This document shows, piece after piece, positions 27,872-34,474 of a DNA stretch of 34,474 nucleotides (its first letter is position 1; each line of letters starts with the position of its first letter). Both the position numbers and the translations under genes were made by a program. The notes under the pieces are model-generated. The model worked only from the letters and a program-made list of their open reading frames with translations, had not been told where the DNA came from and searched no databases. The stretch is from a virus (lineage: Duplodnaviria > Heunggongvirae > Uroviricota > Caudoviricetes), in IMG/VR virus record IMGVR_UViG_3300000288_000150. One strand, 5' to 3'.

Positions 27872-28390
27872 ATGGCAATGCCGCGCAAACTCAAGTTAAT
27901 GAACGTCTTTCTGAACGGCTACAGCTATCAGGGCGTTGCAAAGTCCGTCACGCTGCCAAAACTGACCCGTAAGCTCGAAAACTATCGCGGTGCGGGGATG
28001 AACGGCAGCGCACCGGTAGACCTCGGCCTTGATGATGATGCTCTGTCAATGGAGTGGTCGCTCGGTGGATTCCCGGATTCGGTTATCTGGGAGCTTTACG
28101 CTGCAACCAGTGCTGATGCCGTACCGATTCGTTTTGCTGGTTCTTACCAGCGCGACGATACCGGCGAAACGGTGGCCGTCGAAGTGGTCATGCGTGGGCG
28201 TCAGAAAGAAGTCGATACCGGAGAGGGTAAACAGGGAGAGGATACCGAATCGAAACTCCCGGTGATTTGTACTTATTTCAAGTTGACGATGGACGGTAAG
28301 GAGCTGGTCGAAATCGACACCATCAACATGATTGAGAAGGTGAACGGCGTCGACCGGCTGGAGCAACACCGCCGCAATATCGGCCTGTGA
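27872..28390 (+). CDS. FII: Tail tube protein (P2 gpFII)
   Basis: 172 aa, same as P2 FII. Confidence 0.9.
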   Translation: MAMPRKLKLMNVFLNGYSYQGVAKSVTLPKLTRKLENYRGAGMNGSAPVDLGLDDDALSMEWSLGGFPDSVIWELYAATSADAVPIRFAGSYQRDDTGETVAVEVVMRGRQKEVDTGEGKQGEDTESKLPVICTYFKLTMDGKELVEIDTINMIEKVNGVDRLEQHRRNIGL

Positions 28391-28447
28391 TTTTCATCCG
28401 GGTCAGCCTGGCTGACCGGTTAACCCCGATTCAGAAGTGAGAAAACC

Positions 28448-28723
28448 ATGAACAAAGAAAATGTGATTACCCTGGACAATCCGGTCAAGCGTGGTGAGCA
28501 GGTTATCGAACAGGTCACGCTGATGAAACCTAATGCCGGGACGCTGCGCGGTGTCAGTCTGGCTGCGGTCGCAAACTCCGAAGTCGATGCACTGATTAAG
28601 GTGCTGCCGCGCATGACGGCACCGATGCTGACCGAGCAGGAGGTCGCCGCGCTGGAACTGCCTGACCTTGTGGCGCTGGCCGGTAAGGTGGTCGGTTTTT
28701 TGTCTCCGAACTCGGTGCAGTGA
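28448..28723 (+). CDS. E: Tail assembly chaperone E
   Basis: 91 aa; ends just after a TTTTTTG slippery heptamer. Confidence 0.8.
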   Translation: MNKENVITLDNPVKRGEQVIEQVTLMKPNAGTLRGVSLAAVANSEVDALIKVLPRMTAPMLTEQEVAALELPDLVALAGKVVGFLSPNSVQ

Positions 28724-28875
28724 CGTTTCCGAAAAATCTGTCGGTCGATGACCTGATGGCAGATGTGGCAGTGATATTTCACTGGCCGCCATCAGAACTG
28801 TATCCCATGAGCCTGACCGAACTCATCACATGGCGCGAAAAGGCGCTCCGGCGAAGCGGAAGCACGAATGAGTAA
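28448..28875 (+). CDS. E': Tail assembly chaperone E+E' (programmed -1 frameshift product)
   Basis: Slippery site T6G at ~28696-28702; the -1 frame continues open (...VSELGAVTFPKNLSVDDLMADVAVIFHWPPSELYPMSLTELITWREKALRRSGSTNE) to a stop at ~28873-28875, overlapping the start of T. Confidence 0.6.
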
Positions 28876-31315
28876 CAATGTAAAATTACAGGTATTGCTC
28901 AGGGCTGTTGACCAGGCATCCCGCCCGTTTAAATCCATCCGTACAGCGAGTAAGTCGCTGTCGGGGGATATCCGGGAAACACAAAAATCACTGCGCGAGC
29001 TGAACGGTCACGCATCCCGTATTGAGGGATTTCGCAAGACCAGCGCACAGCTTGCCGTGACTGGTCATGCACTTGAAAAGGCACGGCAGGAAGCCGAAGC
29101 ACTTGCCACACAGTTTAAAAACACTGAACGTCCGACCCGTGCTCAGGCGAAAGTGCTGGAATCCGCAAAGCGTGCGGCGGAGGACTTACAGGCGAAATAT
29201 AACCGCCTGACGGATTCCGTTAAGCGCCAGCAGCGGGAACTGGCCGCTGTGGGAATTAATACCCGCAATCTTGCACATGATGAGCAGGGACTGAAAAACC
29301 GTATCAGTGAAACCACCGCACAGCTTAACCGGCAGCGTGACGCGCTGGCGCGTGTCAGTGCGCAACAGGCAAAACTTAATGCAGTAAAACAGCGTTATCA
29401 GGCCGGAAAGGAACTGGCCGGAAATATGGCCTCAGTGGGCGCTGCCGGTGTGGGGATTGCGGCGGCGGGAACGATGGCCGGAGTTAAGTTGCTGATGCCC
29501 GGTTATGAGTTTGCGCAGAAAAACTCAGAATTGCAGGCCGTGCTGGGTGTGGCAAAAGACTCCGCCGAAATGACCGCACTACGCAAACAGGCGCGCCAGC
29601 TCGGCGACAATACCGCCGCCTCGGCGGATGATGCGGCCGGTGCACAGATAATCATCGCGAAAGCGGGTGGGGATGTTGATGCCATTCAGGCGGCAACGCC
29701 GGTCACGCTGAATATGGCGCTGGCGAACCGCCGCACGATGGAAGAAAACGCCGCCCTGCTGATGGGGATGAAATCCGCCTTTCAGCTTTCAAACGATAAG
29801 GTCGCTCATATCGGGGATGTTCTCTCCATGACGATGAACAAAACCGCCGCCGATTTTGACGGCATGAGCGATGCGCTGACCTATGCCGCACCTGTGGCAA
29901 AAAATGCCGGTGTCAGCATTGAAGAAACCGCCGCAATGGTCGGGGCGCTGCATGATGCAAAAATCACAGGCTCAATGGCGGGGACGGGAAGCCGTGCCGT
30001 GTTAAGCCGCCTGCAGGCACCGACGGGAAAAGCATGGGATGCACTCAAAGAGCTTGGAGTGAAAACCTCAGACAGCAAGGGAAACACCCGGCCAATATTT
30101 ACCATTCTGAAAGAAATGCAGGCCAGTTTTGAGAAAAACCGGCTCGGTACTGCCCAGCAGGCTGAATACATGAAAACCATTTTCGGGGAGGAGGCCAGCT
30201 CAGCCGCTGCCGTGCTGATGACTGCCGCCTCAACCGGAAAGCTGGACAAACTGACCGCTGCGTTTAAAGCCTCGGACGGGAAGACCTCAGAGCTGGTAAA
30301 TATTATGCAGGACAATCTCGGCGGTGACTTTAAGGAGTTTCAGTCCGCTTATGAGGCGGTGGGGACTGACCTGTTTGACCAGCAGGAAGGCGCACTGCGT
30401 AAGCTCACGCAGACGGCCACAAAGTATGTGTTAAAACTCGACGGCTGGATACAGAAAAACAAATCACTGGCGTCAACCATCGGCATCATTGCCGGCGGTG
30501 CACTGGTGCTGACTGGCATCATCGGTGCCATTGGCCTTGTAGCTTGGCCGGTTATCACCGGCATCAATGCCATTATCGCGGCAGCAGGCGCAATGGGGGC
30601 AATCTTCACGACGGTTGGTAGTGCCGTTATGACGGCCATCGGTGCGATTAGCTGGCCGGTTGTGGCCGTGGTGGCCGCTATTGTCGCCGGGGCGTTACTT
30701 ATCCGTAAATACTGGGAGCCTGTCAGCGCATTCTTTGGCGGTGTGGTTGAAGGGCTGAAAGCGGCATTTGCGCCGGTGGGGGAACTGTTCACGCCACTTA
30801 AGCCGCTGTTTGACTGGCTGGGTGAAAAGTTACAGGCCGCGTGGCAGTGGTTTAAAAACCTGATTGCCCCGGTTAAAGCCACCCAGGACACACTGAACCG
30901 TTGCCGTGACACGGGCGTCATGTTCGGGCAGGCACTGGCTGACGCGCTGATGCTGCCGCTTAATGCGTTCAACAAACTGCGCAGCGGTATTGACTGGGTA
31001 CTGGAAAAACTCGGTGTTATCAACAAAGAGTCAGACACACTTGACCAGACCGCCGCAAGGACTCATGCCGCCACGTATGGCACCGGTGGTTATATTCCGG
31101 CGACCAGCTCTTATGCAGGCTATCAGGCTTATCAGCCAGTCACGGCACCGGCTGGCCGCTCTTATGTGGACCAGAGTAAAAACGAATATCACATCAGCCT
31201 GACGGGTGGTACTGCGCCGGGGACACAGCTTGACCGCCAGTTACAGGATGCGCTCGAAAAATACGAGCGGGATAAACGTGCGCGCGCCCGTGCCAGCATG
31301 ATGCATGACGGTTAA
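28868..31315 (+). CDS. T: Tail tape measure protein (P2 gpT)
   Basis: 815 aa, same as P2 T; helical N-terminal half, Gly/Ala-rich hydrophobic central region. Confidence 0.9.
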   Translation: MSNNVKLQVLLRAVDQASRPFKSIRTASKSLSGDIRETQKSLRELNGHASRIEGFRKTSAQLAVTGHALEKARQEAEALATQFKNTERPTRAQAKVLESAKRAAEDLQAKYNRLTDSVKRQQRELAAVGINTRNLAHDEQGLKNRISETTAQLNRQRDALARVSAQQAKLNAVKQRYQAGKELAGNMASVGAAGVGIAAAGTMAGVKLLMPGYEFAQKNSELQAVLGVAKDSAEMTALRKQARQLGDNTAASADDAAGAQIIIAKAGGDVDAIQAATPVTLNMALANRRTMEENAALLMGMKSAFQLSNDKVAHIGDVLSMTMNKTAADFDGMSDALTYAAPVAKNAGVSIEETAAMVGALHDAKITGSMAGTGSRAVLSRLQAPTGKAWDALKELGVKTSDSKGNTRPIFTILKEMQASFEKNRLGTAQQAEYMKTIFGEEASSAAAVLMTAASTGKLDKLTAAFKASDGKTSELVNIMQDNLGGDFKEFQSAYEAVGTDLFDQQEGALRKLTQTATKYVLKLDGWIQKNKSLASTIGIIAGGALVLTGIIGAIGLVAWPVITGINAIIAAAGAMGAIFTTVGSAVMTAIGAISWPVVAVVAAIVAGALLIRKYWEPVSAFFGGVVEGLKAAFAPVGELFTPLKPLFDWLGEKLQAAWQWFKNLIAPVKATQDTLNRCRDTGVMFGQALADALMLPLNAFNKLRSGIDWVLEKLGVINKESDTLDQTAARTHAATYGTGGYIPATSSYAGYQAYQPVTAPAGRSYVDQSKNEYHISLTGGTAPGTQLDRQLQDALEKYERDKRARARASMMHDG

Positions 31316-31329
31316 GGAGGTGACGAAAA

Positions 31330-31809
31330 ATGATGCTCGCGTTAGGTATGTTTGTTTTTATGCGCCAGACGCTGCCACACCAGACCATGCAGCGTGAATC
31401 GGATTATCGCTGGCCGTCAAATTCCCGTATCGGTAAACGGGATGCCTTTCAGTTTCTCGGTGTGGGTGAGGAAAACATCACGCTGGCCGGTGTGCTTTAT
31501 CCCGAACTGACCGGCGGAAAGCTGACGATGACCACGCTCAGACTGATGGCAGAGGAAGGTCGGGCGTGGCCGTTGCTGGATGGCACCGGCATGATTTACG
31601 GCATGTATGTCATCAGCAGGGTGAGTGAAACAGGGAGTATTTTCTTTGCAGACGGCACACCCCGGAAAATTGATTTTACGCTGTCGCTCACCCGCGTTGA
31701 TGAATCACTGGCCGCGCTTTATGGCGATATCGGTAAACAGGCGGAATCGCTCATCGGTAAGGCTGGCAGTATGGAGACCAGATTCACGGGTATGACGGGG
31801 GCGGGATAA
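31330..31809 (+). CDS. U: Tail protein U
   Basis: 159 aa, same as P2 U; TAATG overlap with D. Confidence 0.85.
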   Translation: MMLALGMFVFMRQTLPHQTMQRESDYRWPSNSRIGKRDAFQFLGVGEENITLAGVLYPELTGGKLTMTTLRLMAEEGRAWPLLDGTGMIYGMYVISRVSETGSIFFADGTPRKIDFTLSLTRVDESLAALYGDIGKQAESLIGKAGSMETRFTGMTGAG

Positions 31810-33037
31810 TGCTGGATACGCTGACATTTGATGCAGGCAGTACGCTGACGCCGGATTACATGCTGATGCTCGACAGCAGGGATATTACCGGCAATATCAG
31901 CGATCGACTGATGAGCATGACCCTGACGGATAACCGGGGCTTTGAGGCTGACCAGCTTGATATTGAACTGAACGATGCCGACGGGCAGGTCGGGCTGCCG
32001 GTTCGTGGCGCTGTCCTGACGGTGTATATCGGCTGGAAAGGTTTTGCCCTGGTATGCAAAGGGANNNNNNNNNNNNNNNNNNNNNNNNNNNNNNNNNNNN
32101 NNNNNNNNNNNNNNNNNNNNNNNNNNNNNNNNNNNNNNNNNNNNNNNNNNNNNNNCGGGGCGCACCGGATGTGGTCACCATCCGCGCCCGGAGTGCAGAT
32201 TTTCGCGGGACGCTCAATTCCCGCCGTGAAGGCTCCTGGCATGACACCACGCTCGGTGCGATTGTTGAGGCGATAGCCTCCCGTAACAGGCTGGAAGCCA
32301 GTGTCGCTCCGTCACTGGCCGGAATTAAAATCCCGCACATCGACCAGTCGCAGGAGTCTGATGCGAAATTCCTGACCCGTCTTGCAGAACGCAACGGCGG
32401 TGAGGTGTCGGTAAAAATGGGAAAACTGTTGTTTCTCAAAGCGGGGCAGGGGGTGACGGCCAGCGGTAAAAAAAACCCGCAGGTCACCATAACCCGCAGC
32501 GACGGCGACCGCCATCATTTTGCGATTGCTGACCGTGGAGCCTATACCGGCGTAACGGCAAAGTGGTTACACACCAAAGACCCGAAGCCACAAAAGCAGA
32601 AGGTAAAACTGAAACGCAAAAAGAAAGAGAAACACCTGCGCGCACTGGAGCACCCGAAAGCGAAACCAGTCACGCAGAAGAAAGCGCCAAAAGTACCGGA
32701 AGCGCGCGAAGGTGAATACATGGCTGGTGAGGCTGACAACGTTTTTGCCCTGACCACGGTATATGCCACGAAAGCGCAGGCCATGCGCGCCGCTCAGGCG
32801 AAGTGGGATAAACTGCAACGGGGCGTTGCGGAGTTCTCCATCAGCCTTGCCACTGGTCGTGCTGATATTTACACGGAAACACCGGTCAGAGTGTCAGGCT
32901 TTAAGCGCGTCATAGACGAGCAGGACTGGACAATCACTAAGGTGACACATTTTCTGAATAATAGTGGCTTCACGACGTCCTTAGAGCTTGAGGTCAGGCT
33001 TTCTGATGTGGAGTACGAAACAGAAGATGATGATTAA
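31809..33037 (+). CDS. D: Tail protein D (late gene D); interrupted by an N-run
   Basis: N-terminus MLDTLTFDAGSTLTPDYM... and C-terminus ending at 33037 are both D-like but are joined across the N-run 32065-32155 with an apparent frame change, so the gap length is artificial. Confidence 0.8.
32065..32155. other. Run of N inside D
   Basis: 91 consecutive N. Confidence 1.
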
Positions 33038-33117
33038 TGTTTTGTTTTATCTGTTTGTTTTATAAGGATAAATTAAATAAAATGGCACCATTAACAAAAC
33101 CGGAAGAGGTGCTCGCG

Positions 33118-33336
33118 ATGTTTCATTGTCCTTTATGCCAGCATGCCGCACATGCGCGTACAAGCCGCTATATCACTGACACGACAAAAGAGCGTTATCA
33201 CCAGTGCCAGAACGTGAATTGCAGCGCCACGTTCATCACTTATGAGTCGGTACAGAGATACATCGTGAAGCCGGGAGAAGTCCACGCCGTGGGGCCGCAC
33301 CCGTTGCCGTCAGGGCAGCAAATTATGTGGATGTGA
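33118..33336 (+). CDS. ogr: Late-gene transcriptional activator Ogr (C4 zinc-finger)
   Basis: 72 aa from the internal ATG (MFHCPLCQHAAHARTSRYITDTTKERYHQCQNVNCSATF...), with CxxC...CxxC zinc finger; last prophage gene before host DNA. Confidence 0.85.
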   Translation: MFHCPLCQHAAHARTSRYITDTTKERYHQCQNVNCSATFITYESVQRYIVKPGEVHAVGPHPLPSGQQIMWM

Positions 33337-33346
33337 TCACAAAAAT

Positions 33347-33372
33347 AGCCCCTCAGTCGAGGGGCTTATTTA
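33347..33372 (+). terminator. Rho-independent terminator after ogr
   Basis: Perfect 8-bp stem AGCCCCTC / GAGGGGCT with a 4-nt loop, followed by TATTTA. Confidence 0.55.
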
Positions 33373-33463
33373 TGGTCGATGTGGACGCTATGTGGACAGT
33401 GGTTGACATAAATCCATTTATATCATCAGGTTAGGTGCTTTTTTGTGACACCATCCCTGTCTT

Positions 33464-33490
33464 CCCCCACATGATGTGGGGGTTTTTTTT
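33464..33490 (+). terminator. Strong rho-independent terminator (likely host, upstream of fieF) near the prophage-host junction
   Basis: CCCCCACAT-G-ATGTGGGGG hairpin followed by T8. Confidence 0.6.
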
Positions 33491-33571
33491 ATCCTCAATT
33501 TGCCTGCTGCTTAATGCATTGCAGATGATTTGCTTCCGTTATACTACCGTCAGTTGATAGCGGGAGTATTT

Positions 33572-34474
33572 ATGAATCAATCTTATGGACGGCTGGTCAG
33601 TCGGGCGGCGATTGCTGCGACGGCGATGGCTTCGCTGCTATTGCTGATTAAAATTTTTGCATGGTGGTATACCGGGTCGGTGAGTATTCTCGCCGCGCTG
33701 GTGGATTCGCTGGTGGATATCGGCGCGTCGTTGACGAATTTACTGGTGGTGCGATATTCCCTGCAACCTGCCGACGATAATCACTCGTTTGGTCACGGTA
33801 AAGCTGAGTCCCTCGCGGCGCTGGCGCAAAGTATGTTTATCTCCGGTTCGGCACTATTCCTGTTTTTGACGGGTATTCAACATCTGGTATCTCCAACACC
33901 GATGACAGATCCAGGCGTCGGGGTTATCGTGACAATTGTGGCGCTAATTTGTACGATTATCCTTGTCTCGTTTCAGCGTTGGGTGGTGCGCCGGACGCAA
34001 AGCCAGGCGGTGCGGGCTGATATGCTACATTACCAGTCTGATGTTATGATGAACGGCGCAATTCTGCTGGCGCTGGGGTTGTCCTGGTACGGCTGGCATC
34101 GCGCCGATGCTCTGTTTGCGTTGGGAATCGGCATCTATATTTTATATAGCGCGTTACGCATGGGATATGAGGCGGTACAGTCATTACTGGATCGCGCATT
34201 ACCTGATGAGGAACGGCAAGAAATTATTGATATCGTGACTTCCTGGCCGGGTGTTAGCGGCGCTCACGATCTTCGCACGCGGCAGTCAGGGCCGACCCGC
34301 TTTATTCAGATTCATTTGGAAATGGAAGACTCTCTGCCTTTGGTTCAGGCACATATGGTGGCGGATCAGGTAGAGCAGGCTATTTTACGGCGTTTTCCGG
34401 GATCGGATGTGATTATCCATCAGGACCCCTGTTCCGTCGTACCCAGGGAGGGTAAACGGTCTATGCTTTCATAA
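33572..34474 (+). CDS. fieF: Cation-diffusion-facilitator family metal efflux transporter FieF (YiiP)
   Basis: 300 aa from the internal ATG ([51 protein letters not shown]...); six predicted TM helices plus C-terminal cytoplasmic domain; recognised as enterobacterial FieF. Confidence 0.85.
   Translation: MNQSYGRLVSRAAIAATAMASLLLLIKIFAWWYTGSVSILAALVDSLVDIGASLTNLLVVRYSLQPADDNHSFGHGKAESLAALAQSMFISGSALFLFLTGIQHLVSPTPMTDPGVGVIVTIVALICTIILVSFQRWVVRRTQSQAVRADMLHYQSDVMMNGAILLALGLSWYGWHRADALFALGIGIYILYSALRMGYEAVQSLLDRALPDEERQEIIDIVTSWPGVSGAHDLRTRQSGPTRFIQIHLEMEDSLPLVQAHMVADQVEQAILRRFPGSDVIIHQDPCSVVPREGKRSMLS

Larger units (their letters stand above)
1..33463. mobile_element. P2-like prophage (Peduovirus-type myovirus); int-proximal end at window start, ogr-proximal end at ~33.4 kb; left attachment site lies outside the window
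   Basis: Complete canonical P2 gene order and near-P2 protein lengths (A 761 aa, Q 344, N 357, M 247, T 815, FI 396, etc.); host gene fieF follows ogr. Right boundary is approximate. Confidence 0.85.

Noticed and set aside
33403-33426. TTGACA followed by TATCAT as a sigma-70 promoter near the prophage end
   Set aside because: Spacer between the hexamers is only ~12 nt, outside the functional 16-18 nt range.
1-34474. CRISPR arrays, tRNA/rRNA genes, IS elements, retron/reverse transcriptase
   Set aside because: No regularly spaced direct repeats, no cloverleaf-like tRNA at the att junction, no transposase-like ORF or terminal inverted repeats, and no reverse-transcriptase motifs were seen on either strand.
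1-34474. Alternative identity as a P4-like satellite or lambdoid prophage
   Set aside because: Gene content and order (int-C-cox-B-A, Q/P divergent from O-N-M-L, FI-FII-E-T-U-D-ogr) are diagnostic of P2-like helper phages; no sid/psu/delta or lambdoid N/Q/cI/cro module present.

Overview
The window is almost entirely one P2-like (Peduovirus-type) temperate myovirus prophage, running from the integrase at the left edge to ogr at ~33.3 kb, with the host gene fieF (cation-diffusion facilitator) at the right edge. Gene order is the canonical P2 prophage order: int, C, cox, B, orf80-83-like, A, [cargo], cos, Q and P (minus strand), then O N M L X Y K lysABC R S V W J I H G, [cargo], FI FII E/E' T U D ogr. 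Two positions that are variable-cargo hotspots in P2-like phages carry non-P2, visibly AT-rich genes. (1) In place of tin/old, between gene A and cos, there is a HaeIII-like C5-cytosine methyltransferase abutting tail-to-tail a two-gene minus-strand operon: a ParB/Srx-fold protein followed by an uncharacterised ~330-aa protein. This is my best candidate for a restriction-modification-like or novel defence module. (2) In the Z/fun position between G and FI there is a single AT-rich gene for a 259-aa protein with an N-terminal transmembrane helix, a candidate exclusion or abortive-infection factor. Other points: gene X appears frameshifted, tail-fibre gene H has a long divergent C-terminus with tandem repeats, the immunity region differs from P2, and five N-runs interrupt P/Q, lysB, V, the Z/fun cargo junction and D. 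Everything is read by eye from the sequence and ORF track; no searches were run, and coordinates for small motifs are approximate (about +/-2 nt).
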